A stretch of 56,330 nt of DNA from a virus. The position numbers and the translations under genes are program-made. The notes under the pieces were generated by a model. It was not told where the DNA came from and searched no databases. It saw nothing but the letters and a program-made list of their open reading frames with translations. Numbering within the stretch: the first letter of the stretch is position 1; each line of letters starts with the position of its first letter. The stretch lies in IMG/VR virus record IMGVR_UViG_3300011409_000003, positions 1 to 56,330 of that record; one strand, given 5' to 3'. Shown here in pieces: positions 32,338 through 40,682 of the stretch.

Positions 32338-32721
32338 GAAAGAAGAACGGGTCCGAGCGAGGGCGATGCGTGTTTGCTCAAGACCCGTTTGGTGTGGTGG
32401 ACACCTGATTTGTTGCCAGTCAGCCGACTTCTTGCTTGGACCCCTATGTTTCTTCGTGCTCTTCAGCGGTAGCTTCGCTCGAGCACGCGCAATCTTCCTG
32501 CGCAACGTCGGACTGCTGAGCCCTAGCGCTTCATTCGCCTGCTTGCGTAACTCTGCCGACACCTCGTTGAGGCCGTACTTCTTCGCCAGAGTGACAGCAG
32601 GAATGAGTAAACGCCGCGCGACCTCAGCCTCTGAGATATCGTTGTCCCTCGCTAACTCTGTGATCGGTGTTCGTTCCTTCTCCTCACGTAGTCGAATGAG
32701 GAACGGCTTACGCTCAGTCAT
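32308..32721 (-). CDS. Ribbon-helix-helix (CopG/Arc-like) regulator candidate with basic C-terminal extension
   Basis: AGGAG 5 nt before ATG 32721; KPFLIRLREEKERTPITELARDNDISEAEVARRLL fits a beta-helix-helix pattern. The 3' end runs into the iterons, so the true stop and functional length are uncertain. Confidence 0.5.
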   Translation of the reverse strand: MTERKPFLIRLREEKERTPITELARDNDISEAEVARRLLIPAVTLAKKYGLNEVSAELRKQANEALGLSSPTLRRKIARARAKLPLKSTKKHRGPSKKSADWQQIRCPPHQTGLEQTRIALARTRSSFHSFQSFPFS

Positions 32722-32790
32722 ATGCTCCTAACTCAATTCTGGGAGTAACAACGGCACGCCCTCGCGCCAGGTCTCCGTTACGACACGCGG

Positions 32791-32819
32791 TAGATAGCAC
32801 CGTTACGCTCCGTATGCAA
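32791..32819 (-). promoter_or_regulatory. Sigma-70-like promoter for the RHH gene (TTGCAT-N17-TATCTA on the minus strand), flanked by CCGTTACG direct repeats
   Basis: -35 at 32819..32814 and -10 at 32796..32791 with a counted 17-nt spacer; CCGTTACG at 32775..32782 and 32800..32807. Confidence 0.4.
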
Positions 32820-32836
32820 GTGTCACGCTGCGATTC

Positions 32837-32850
32837 GGGCGTATTCTCTT
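32837..32850 (+). promoter_or_regulatory. Copy of the promoter-like motif GGGCGTATTCTCTT (rightward, toward terL)
   Basis: Back to back with the leftward sigma-70-like promoter; about 340 nt upstream of terL. Confidence 0.55.
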
Positions 32851-32878
32851 CTCGAGGAATAGTCTTCTCGAGGAATAG
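32847..32878 (+). repeat. Perfect 16-bp tandem duplication tcttctcgaggaatag x2 (operator candidate)
   Basis: Overlaps the 3' end of the promoter-like motif (shares nt 32847..32850) and continues downstream; each unit contains CTCGAG and GGAAT. Confidence 0.85.
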
Positions 32879-33105
32879 TTGGGCTTGCCCTGCTAATCGT
32901 GGCAGGCTGGTGAAAGGTCGCGCGCAAATGAGTCAAGGCTAAGAACTTCCCGAGTAGTGGCTTACTGATTGGTGATCATTCGCCCCATCAGTCGGCACCA
33001 GCTCCATCCCCGCACCACGCCTACAGATAGGCGCATTCCTTCCCCGCATAAGGATCGCATGAGCAGACGCTCGGTAGCCAACGCACAGCCCCGCCAGCAT
33101 TTAGA

Positions 33106-33120
33106 CCCCCCCAGGGGGGG
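33106..33120. other. C7-A-G7 homopolymer palindrome about 70 nt upstream of terL
   Basis: ccccccc a ggggggg read directly. Confidence 0.9.
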
Positions 33121-33187
33121 AAGAAGCGCCGCGGCGGCGGGCGGGGCCTGTTCGGATTTTGCATCCTTGCCCCCGGTCCGCTAGCCA

Positions 33188-34825
33188 ATGCCCGTCAAAG
33201 TTGGGTCCGAGGCCTACAAGCGGAAGGTCGCGAATCAGAACAAGCGCGACCGTGACAAGTACGCCGCGGAGAAGGCTGCGCGAGCAGAGGCCCTACGCAA
33301 GCAGAGCATGGCGCCGATCGACACGCCCCGGTGGAGCAAGGATCCGATCGGCTGGGCGGAGGCCGCGCTCGGTGTGGATCCGCGCACGCTCCGCTGGTCG
33401 CAGTACGGCGGCGCCTATGAGACGCACATCTGGGACGGCGACGTCGACCCGCTGGCCAAGGCGTGCGAGGCGCTGGCCGCGGGGAAGTGGGTAGGGCTCG
33501 AGTCAGGCAAGGGGATTGGCAAGACGTTTCTAGCCGGGTTCCTGCCTCTGTGGTACCTCGAAAATTTCTTAGAGTCAACGGTCGTTTCGCTCGCGCCGAA
33601 GGAGAAGCAGCTCGAGCTCCATATGTGGAAGCAGATGGGCCGCTTCTGGCGGAAGTTCCAGCCGCGCTTCCCGGGCGCCTCGCTGAAGAGTTTGCACCTG
33701 CAGATGAAGCCGGACGACGACGAGACGAAGGGTTCGTGGAATGCGTGGGGCTATGCGGCCGGCGCAGGGGCGTCCGAGGAATCGGCGTCGCGCGCGCAGG
33801 GGTTCCATGACGAGTATCAGCTCTTCCTGATCGAAGAGATGCCGGGCATGCGGCCGTCGATCGTGACCGCCATCGAAGAAACCAATACGCGGCCGGGCAC
33901 GAACCTGATCTTCGGGATCGGGAATCCGGAGCATCAGCTGGACCCGCTGCATCGCTTCTGCGTCTCGCCGGACGTCGTTCACATTCGTGCGTCTGCCTTG
34001 GATCATCCGAACGTCGTCCTCGACAATCCGGACATTATGAAGGGCGCGGTGACGCGCGCGTCGATCGGGCGGCTCGAGCGGAAGCACGGGGTCGATCATC
34101 CGCGCTACAAGGCGTCGGTGCGCGGCATCAGTCCGGCAGAAGCGGCCGACGCGATGATCAAACTCGCGTGGATTCAGGAGGCGGCGAAGCGCGTGCCGGT
34201 GGAGCCCGGTGCGCCCGCGCTGGGGTTCGATCCGTCGAACAGTACGGCGGGGGACCCCGCGGCGATCGCCTACGGCGAGGGCGCGTTCCTACTGAAGGTT
34301 GACGCCTTCCCGTGTCCCGACGCCAACCAGGCGGCGCGCGAGAAGGTGGCGAGTCGGATCACGAATCCGTTCGCGCCGATTGCGGCCGGGCGCGTCGCGG
34401 TGGACGGCATCGGCGTGGGCGCCGGTGCCGTGAACGAGCTGACGCGGCTCGGGCATCGGGTGTTCAACTTCCAGAGCTCGGCCGAACCCGTCCCGACCCG
34501 CATTACGGTCGACCCTGAGCGCAGCATCGCCGACGTCGAGGTCTACGCGAACCTGCGCGCGCAGGCGTACGACCTCTTGGCGGACGATCTGCAGTATGGC
34601 CGGGTCGGCGGGCCGGGGTTTGCGGACCCTGACCTGCAGCGCGAGTTGACGGCGATTAAGGCGGGACCGCGCAACGGGAAAACCTATGTCCAGGAGAAGG
34701 ACAAGATCCGGGCCATTCTGGGGCGCTCGCCGAATAAGGCGGACGCGGTGGTCTACTGGAATTGGGTACGCCAGCGCGGCGGCCGCGGCACCATATCGTG
34801 GCTCGGGAGTCAGGGATCATGGTAA
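33188..34825 (+). CDS. terL: Terminase large subunit
   Basis: GLESGKGIGKTFLAG (Walker A-like), LFLIEEMPG (Walker B plus Glu), AVDGIGVGAG in the nuclease half; 545 aa; followed by the portal gene. Confidence 0.85.
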   Translation: MPVKVGSEAYKRKVANQNKRDRDKYAAEKAARAEALRKQSMAPIDTPRWSKDPIGWAEAALGVDPRTLRWSQYGGAYETHIWDGDVDPLAKACEALAAGKWVGLESGKGIGKTFLAGFLPLWYLENFLESTVVSLAPKEKQLELHMWKQMGRFWRKFQPRFPGASLKSLHLQMKPDDDETKGSWNAWGYAAGAGASEESASRAQGFHDEYQLFLIEEMPGMRPSIVTAIEETNTRPGTNLIFGIGNPEHQLDPLHRFCVSPDVVHIRASALDHPNVVLDNPDIMKGAVTRASIGRLERKHGVDHPRYKASVRGISPAEAADAMIKLAWIQEAAKRVPVEPGAPALGFDPSNSTAGDPAAIAYGEGAFLLKVDAFPCPDANQAAREKVASRITNPFAPIAAGRVAVDGIGVGAGAVNELTRLGHRVFNFQSSAEPVPTRITVDPERSIADVEVYANLRAQAYDLLADDLQYGRVGGPGFADPDLQRELTAIKAGPRNGKTYVQEKDKIRAILGRSPNKADAVVYWNWVRQRGGRGTISWLGSQGSW

Positions 34826-35049
34826 CCGCGCTCCTCCTGCTTGGATCGCTTGTCTTCGGCGCCGGCGTCTCGGTGGCGCAGACCCGATGCCTGCAGGCGA
34901 TCACGGCGAAGCATCGGCCGCGCGCCGCCGTCTGGGACCTCGTCATCAACGGCCTCTCCCTCGTCGTCATCTACGAGCACTCGCTGGCCGCATTCGTCGC
35001 CTTCGCCATCGGCTCCGCAGTCGGGACCTACCTGAGCATTGATAAGTAA
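34819..35049 (+). CDS. Small multi-pass membrane protein
   Basis: ATG 34819 overlaps the terL stop (ATGGTAA); MVTALLLLGSLVFGAGVSVA... LSLVVIY ... FVAFAIGSAVG. Confidence 0.45.
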   Translation: MVTALLLLGSLVFGAGVSVAQTRCLQAITAKHRPRAAVWDLVINGLSLVVIYEHSLAAFVAFAIGSAVGTYLSIDK

Positions 35050-35053
35050 TCGC

Positions 35054-35068
35054 GGGCGTATTCTCTCC
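35054..35068 (+). promoter_or_regulatory. Copy of the promoter-like motif GGGCGTATTCTCTCC
   Basis: Intergenic, 41 nt upstream of the portal start. Confidence 0.55.
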
Positions 35069-35108
35069 GTATACCCAGGGTTTTCAGCCCGCTAAGTCCG
35101 GAGTCTCG

Positions 35109-36845
35109 TTGACCGCATCGCTCCCCTACTACATCGATTCGTCCGCGACGAAAAGCGGGGGCACCTGGCTCGACTATCGCCATCCCGAGTGGCAGAAGAA
35201 TCACGTCAAGTGGTGCTACGCTCGTGACGTCTATACGGGCGAAGTGCTCGACGCCGCCAAGATTCGTGACTACCTGATTCGCAAGGGCACCGGCGAGACC
35301 GAGGCGGCCTACAACGAGCGGGTCGCCCTGGCGGATTTTACGTCGCACTTTGGCCTCTGCGCCGACGCGCTTGCCGGCATGTTGTTTCACGTCGAGGACG
35401 ACGCAACGCGCGTCTTCGGTGACTTGGGCGCGAAGGACGACCCGTCTTCGGTGATCGGTAAGCTGTATAGCAATACCGATGGGAAGAAGACCGGTTACGC
35501 GACCATTTGGAAGCAGCTCGGCATCGAGCTCGTGATCACGCATTGTCACTGGCAGATGGTCGACGTCGTGAAGGGCGCGGCTCGCGTCAAGCTGATCGAG
35601 CCCGAACGCGTCGTGGACTGGCTGGAGGATGAGGCAGGCCTCGCGTCGGTGCGGATCTGCGAGGAAGTGACGTCGCGGACCTCGCTCGAGCAGGAGCCTG
35701 AGGTGACGACGCAATACCTCGTCATCACGCGCGAGGGATGGCAGCGATACAAGGAGACGAAGGCGGGCGATAAGAAGACTGTCCAGACGGTGGGGCCCGC
35801 CGGGACGCATCGCTACGAGGACGCCGCCGGTCAGCGGCAGCTCCCGATCTTCCCCGTCGTGTTGCCGCTCCGGCGCAACGTCGGTTACCCGCTTGCCAAG
35901 AAGAACGTCGCCATTTTCAACAAGGAATCGGAGCGCGATAGTCTGCTTCGGTCCTCCAACTTTCCGAAGATGATCGTGCCCGCAATGGACGAGGGCTTCG
36001 CCGCGGTTAAAAAGCTAGTCGACCAAGGCAGTTTCCTACTACAAGACGACCCCAGCGCGGCAAAGACGATTGACTTTCGGGCACCGCCCACGGCATCGGT
36101 CGAGATCGCGACGAAGGTCCTGGATCAGAAGGTTGAGCAGTTCTACAAGACCTTCTTCCGTGAATACAGCGACACCGCGCAGGAAAAGACGGCCACCGAG
36201 GTTCGGCAGGACGTCGCTTCTGGCGTGGGCGCCTTCCTGCAAATGCTCAAGGCCGGGCTGGACGACGCCGAGAACGAGACGCTGTGGAGGCTCGAGCAGG
36301 CGGTGTTCCCGAACGACCGGACCAAGTGGTTCAAGGCCCGCGTTGAGCGCGACGACAACTTCCAGCCGCTGAACGTTGACGAAGAGATCGAGCGCTTGCG
36401 CGTCCGGTATTTCGGCCAGACGACGCCGGTGCCGGCGGGGCGTACCGCCCTTGTGGAAGTGCTGCGACAAATCGCAGCGTGGGACGGCATTGCGTTCGAC
36501 GCGAAGGCGGCCGGCGCGGCGGTGGACGCGCACCAGCTCGACAAGATGCAGGACCTGTTGGACAAGCTGCCGGTGCCCAAGTCCGCGAAGGCCAAGATCG
36601 CGGTGCGGTGGCTCATTACGCTGGGTCTTGCGGACGCGAAGGATGAGGCCGCGCTGATCGCTGAGGCGGAGAAGGAAGTGGCGGAAGACGATCAGCTGCG
36701 CGGGCTCCTGGCGCAGCCGATCGGGCCGCCGGTCCCGAAGCCTGATGATCCGCCCGCGCCGCCTGTGCCCGCCAAGAAGAAGCAGTTGCGGTTGACCAAG
36801 GATCCGAAGACCGGGGAAAAACTCGTCACGCAAGAGGAGACCTAG
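35109..36845 (+). CDS. Portal protein
   Basis: 578 aa immediately after terL; acidic/Pro-rich C-terminal tail; assigned by size and position. Confidence 0.65.
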   Translation: MTASLPYYIDSSATKSGGTWLDYRHPEWQKNHVKWCYARDVYTGEVLDAAKIRDYLIRKGTGETEAAYNERVALADFTSHFGLCADALAGMLFHVEDDATRVFGDLGAKDDPSSVIGKLYSNTDGKKTGYATIWKQLGIELVITHCHWQMVDVVKGAARVKLIEPERVVDWLEDEAGLASVRICEEVTSRTSLEQEPEVTTQYLVITREGWQRYKETKAGDKKTVQTVGPAGTHRYEDAAGQRQLPIFPVVLPLRRNVGYPLAKKNVAIFNKESERDSLLRSSNFPKMIVPAMDEGFAAVKKLVDQGSFLLQDDPSAAKTIDFRAPPTASVEIATKVLDQKVEQFYKTFFREYSDTAQEKTATEVRQDVASGVGAFLQMLKAGLDDAENETLWRLEQAVFPNDRTKWFKARVERDDNFQPLNVDEEIERLRVRYFGQTTPVPAGRTALVEVLRQIAAWDGIAFDAKAAGAAVDAHQLDKMQDLLDKLPVPKSAKAKIAVRWLITLGLADAKDEAALIAEAEKEVAEDDQLRGLLAQPIGPPVPKPDDPPAPPVPAKKKQLRLTKDPKTGEKLVTQEET

Positions 36846-36847
36846 CC

Positions 36848-37180
36848 GTGGCGATCTACGGCGCGGAAATCCGGAACACGGTTGCCGCCGCAATCGCGGC
36901 GAAGCTCGGCGGCAGTCGCTTGTTCCTGCTGTCGGAGCAGGGTCGCGTCCTGGCGATTCTCCCGATGCCCGGGTTCACGAGCGAGACCCCCGGGGTCATC
37001 GAGACCGGGAAGTTTGACCGGGTGACGGTGCTCGCCTCCGGTGACCCGACGCGGTATGAAATCCGGCCGGCGGCGGGGTTCCCGCTGCTGTCCGGTGCCG
37101 GCGCCGAATTGAAGATCAACCCGGCCTCGCTCATCGAGGGCGGACTTGTCTACGTCGATTCATTTGTTCTCACAGTGTAA
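36848..37180 (+). CDS. Hypothetical virion-module protein
   Basis: GTG start 2 nt after the portal stop; 110 aa. Confidence 0.4.
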   Translation: MAIYGAEIRNTVAAAIAAKLGGSRLFLLSEQGRVLAILPMPGFTSETPGVIETGKFDRVTVLASGDPTRYEIRPAAGFPLLSGAGAELKINPASLIEGGLVYVDSFVLTV

Positions 37181-37189
37181 GGGGAAGGT

Positions 37190-37615
37190 ATGAGCAAGGG
37201 TAACACGTACGAGGATGATATCCTCAAGTTGATCTTCAATGCGACGGCAATCGCGGACCTGGCCGAAAACGACGCCACCTCGCCCGCCACGACGCTGACT
37301 GTTGCGCTGCACACCGCCGACCCCGGCGAGGCCGGGACGCAGGCGACCAGTGAGACCGCTTACACGGGGTATGCCCGCGTGGCCGTCGCGCGCACGACCG
37401 GCGGCTGGACCGTCGCGAGCGGCTCAGTCTCGCCTGTCGCGAATATCGACTTCGCCGAGTGTACCGCCTCCCCTGGCGGGGCTATCACGCATTTCAGTGT
37501 GGGCACGGGCGTCGCCAATAAGTTGTTGTATAAGGGCACCGTGACGCCGAACATCACGATGGCGGTTGGGGTGATTCCGCGGCTCAAGACCACCAGCACA
37601 ATCACAGAGGACTAA
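37190..37615 (+). CDS. Hypothetical structural protein (fibre/collar-associated family pattern)
   Basis: GGGGAAGG before the ATG; ILKLIFNATA...ETAYTGYARVAV...NIDFAECTASPGGAITHFSVG. Confidence 0.4.
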   Translation: MSKGNTYEDDILKLIFNATAIADLAENDATSPATTLTVALHTADPGEAGTQATSETAYTGYARVAVARTTGGWTVASGSVSPVANIDFAECTASPGGAITHFSVGTGVANKLLYKGTVTPNITMAVGVIPRLKTTSTITED

Positions 37616-37617
37616 CC

Positions 37618-38061
37618 ATGGCCAGATACTCAGCGGGAGTTCGCACCGGAGCGGGCTCTACCACGCTTCCCATTATGAGCCTGTACAACATCGCCAGCAT
37701 CATCGGCGTCGTGCGCGAGATCGGCGTGTTTAACACCACGACGACGGCGGTCGCGCTCATGCTCGCTCGTCTTTCTACCGCCGGTACGCAGGGCGCGGCC
37801 CTCGTAGAGTCTCGCCATCGCCGGAGTGGTCCGGCGGCCTCCTGCACGGCGTTCACCACGCACTCGGGCGCCCCGACCATTCTGGAAACCGATCTAGGCT
37901 ACCGCACTTCGCTCGGCGCGGCCATCGGGGCGGGCGTGATCTGGACGTTCGGAGATGCAGGACTCGAAGTCGGCGACGCTGGCACGGGCAACGGGCTCGG
38001 CATCATCGTCGCGACCGGCACCGGCCAAATCTGCGACGCCTACATCGTCTGGGACGAGTAA
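37618..38061 (+). CDS. Hypothetical structural protein
   Basis: 147 aa; Gly/Ala/Thr-rich; tight spacing. Confidence 0.4.
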   Translation: MARYSAGVRTGAGSTTLPIMSLYNIASIIGVVREIGVFNTTTTAVALMLARLSTAGTQGAALVESRHRRSGPAASCTAFTTHSGAPTILETDLGYRTSLGAAIGAGVIWTFGDAGLEVGDAGTGNGLGIIVATGTGQICDAYIVWDE

Positions 38062-38064
38062 GCC

Positions 38065-39351
38065 GTGGCGGTCCGCGCGGTACGGTCGGCCGTCGCGGGG
38101 CCGAGCTTCTGGCGGCGTAGTGCGGGTGGGGTGCTCGTAGCCGATCCTACCCAGCTCCCCGAAGCGACGAGTCCTGGGCAGACGCGGAGCGGGACCTACG
38201 GCCGTAGTCTCTCGGCGGGGCAGACCTACGTCGATCCCGTCTCGGGTGTGACGGTGCTTAAGGTCACGTCGTCCACCGTCCCAATCTCGAACTCGGGCGT
38301 GAGTCACGGTTATGCGACGAGCGGCCCTCGGTGTTCGCAGCCGTGGGTGGACGGGGGCGACGGGCATACGAAGTACACGCTGTGCCTCGACTTCATCGGC
38401 TACTTCGTTGACATCGACTACGAGGACTTCCAGGCCGAGAACTTTCGAGACGCTGGTGCTGCGGCGGGGCCGGGCGATGCGGGAATGGCCTTCTCATTGC
38501 ATCCCTCCACACCACAGCGCTCCTATGCCCTCAACAGCGGCATCATTCGCGCCTACAGCACAATCACGGGGTCGGAGATTACGCCGACTGGCTTTCCGTT
38601 TGATCCGGCTGGTGCTGGGTCGCTTAACTGGCTTCAGACCCAGCTCAATGATACTTGGTTCGCGTACATGTCCGGCACGGAATATCGTGGCTACAAGCCA
38701 AGCACGGGCACCGAACGTGCGATGACACAGGCGCGCTCGGGATTCACGCACGACGAGTTACACATCGACCTACTCAACCCCTACGTCTACATGTCTGTTG
38801 ACGACGATGCAGGGGCGAACGCACCGTGGAACCTCGAAGCGGATACGTTTGACGCCTCGCCGGACTCGCAGACTGTCAATGGGCCTATGTCCGACGATCA
38901 CTGCGCGCCGGGACGAGGCTACGTGGTCGGGACGGCGCATTTCGCTTCGCAGGGTGGGGGCTGTTACGTCTACCGAGCCGATACCGACGTAGCGGTGCAG
39001 ATCATCGAGGGATCGGCAAACTACCACGACGCCGCAAGCGACTTCTACACCAATGCGAACTGGTGCCGTGATTTACGACCAGAGATGAGCGTCCCAGCGG
39101 ACCTGTGGCACCTCACGTCGAAGGAGAACCAGGACGACGCGGATGCGAAGGTGCGCCAGTACGCGATGGCGCTGGTCAAGAATGACGGAAGTTCGGTGCG
39201 GATCGTGGGACATCACGACTCCAGCGGGTCGGTCTATGACCGTTTTTCTAAAGCCATGCTCTCGCCGGATGGGAAGCTAGTGATCTTCACCAGCGACATG
39301 AACGGCTCCAGCCGGTGGGACGTGTTCGTCGCGAAGATGCCGGTGAGCTGA
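38065..39351 (+). CDS. Beta-propeller protein (TolB/PD40-like repeat at C-terminus; depolymerase-like role is speculative)
   Basis: MLSPDGKLVIFTSDMNGSSRWDVFVAKMP is a PD40-type blade motif; 428 aa. Confidence 0.45.
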   Translation: MAVRAVRSAVAGPSFWRRSAGGVLVADPTQLPEATSPGQTRSGTYGRSLSAGQTYVDPVSGVTVLKVTSSTVPISNSGVSHGYATSGPRCSQPWVDGGDGHTKYTLCLDFIGYFVDIDYEDFQAENFRDAGAAAGPGDAGMAFSLHPSTPQRSYALNSGIIRAYSTITGSEITPTGFPFDPAGAGSLNWLQTQLNDTWFAYMSGTEYRGYKPSTGTERAMTQARSGFTHDELHIDLLNPYVYMSVDDDAGANAPWNLEADTFDASPDSQTVNGPMSDDHCAPGRGYVVGTAHFASQGGGCYVYRADTDVAVQIIEGSANYHDAASDFYTNANWCRDLRPEMSVPADLWHLTSKENQDDADAKVRQYAMALVKNDGSSVRIVGHHDSSGSVYDRFSKAMLSPDGKLVIFTSDMNGSSRWDVFVAKMPVS

Positions 39352-39962
39352 TGTCCACCGACAATTTCAACCGAGCCGATAGCGCGGACCGGGGGGTGAA
39401 CTGGACGAGTGTCTCGGGATTCCGAACCCGTATCGACACCAATGAGTCGGAGGGCAACAACGCAGGTGACCCGGCGCTGGAATACTATAACCCCGACACG
39501 CCGGGACCCGCGCAAGGCGCCAAAATCATCCTCCGCGCGCCGATTGAAACCACAGCGGGCGGGGGACAAGGCCCGGCAATCCGCATCCAAACAGGCGCGG
39601 ATACCGGCTACATTGTCAGGTGCAATACGGTTGCCGCGGAGCGATTCCAGGTCTATCGGCGCATCGCGGGCGCGGATGGCACGGCGATCATGGGCTATAC
39701 CGGTGCGGCCCCAACTGCTGGCGACCTCGTGGACCTCCGGGTCAATGACCAGTTCGACCTGGAGTTGTACATCAACGCTGTGCAGCGCGCCACGTTCACG
39801 GATACGGATGCGAACAAGATCGCTTCGGGTTGTTACGGCGACTTCGGCCTCATCATAAACGAGTTCATTCGCTGGGACGATTGGGAGGGGTATGAAGTTG
39901 GCGAGCCGCCCGTCCCTGCGCCTGAAGTGCTCCGCACCGTGCGGTCGAGCCTGAGGTGGTAA
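39351..39962 (+). CDS. LamG/concanavalin-like jelly-roll protein
   Basis: ATG 39351 overlaps the upstream TGA; DNFNRADSADRGVNWT opening typical of LamG-like phage fibre-associated proteins. Confidence 0.45.
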   Translation: MSTDNFNRADSADRGVNWTSVSGFRTRIDTNESEGNNAGDPALEYYNPDTPGPAQGAKIILRAPIETTAGGGQGPAIRIQTGADTGYIVRCNTVAAERFQVYRRIAGADGTAIMGYTGAAPTAGDLVDLRVNDQFDLELYINAVQRATFTDTDANKIASGCYGDFGLIINEFIRWDDWEGYEVGEPPVPAPEVLRTVRSSLRW

Positions 39963-40682
39963 ATGGCCACGGTCTCTGAACTAGGCGAAACCTGGAACAC
40001 CACGGCAGGCAACAAGACGGTCGTCGCCACCCCAGCGGTGAACGACCTGATCGTCATCGTGGCGGGCATGTCGGGCTGGGCCTCGGGCGACGACATCACG
40101 CTCGCGGACAACAACGCCGACGGGCTCGGGGCCTACACGAAGTTTGGGACCGCAACCGTTCCGCTTTCCACTGGTGGCGGCACGGCCTGCGCGCTGTGGT
40201 TCTTCGTGCGGAATGCGCTCATCGGTTCGGCTACCTCCACCACGTTTACGGCCACAATTAGCGGCGACACGGGCGGCGGCCTCACCGCGATGAAGGTGAC
40301 GGGCATGGTGCGCGTGGGCGTGAACGCCGTGCGGCAGGCCATCGGTCAGTCTACACAGACCGAAAACCCACCGAGCATCGCCTTCGGTGTCGCGACACTC
40401 GCGAATTACCCACTCATCGTCGCGGTGATGGGCGAAGACGCCCCACTCGCGCTAACACCGCCCACCGGGTTTACCGAAACGACCGAGGGCAGTTGGGCCA
40501 CGCCAACGACGGGTATTAACGTCGCGTTTCTCTCCGCTGGAAGCACCGGCTCCACCTACGCCTGGAGCGCTGGTGCGGTAACGGACCACAACGAAATCGC
40601 CGTCGAACTCGACAGCTCCGTCCCCCAGGAACCGCCGTCGCTGTTCATGGCGCCATATAGACATCAGCCAAGACGGATATGA
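39963..40682 (+). CDS. Hypothetical structural protein
   Basis: ATG directly after the upstream TAA; 239 aa. Confidence 0.4.
   Translation: MATVSELGETWNTTAGNKTVVATPAVNDLIVIVAGMSGWASGDDITLADNNADGLGAYTKFGTATVPLSTGGGTACALWFFVRNALIGSATSTTFTATISGDTGGGLTAMKVTGMVRVGVNAVRQAIGQSTQTENPPSIAFGVATLANYPLIVAVMGEDAPLALTPPTGFTETTEGSWATPTTGINVAFLSAGSTGSTYAWSAGAVTDHNEIAVELDSSVPQEPPSLFMAPYRHQPRRI

Noticed and set aside
32969-33184. ORF just upstream of terL as a small terminase candidate
   Set aside because: The translation is Pro/Arg-rich and low-complexity. There is no ribosome-binding site and no helix-turn-helix or oligomerisation-like features. It spans the C7-A-G7 element, so it is probably non-coding.
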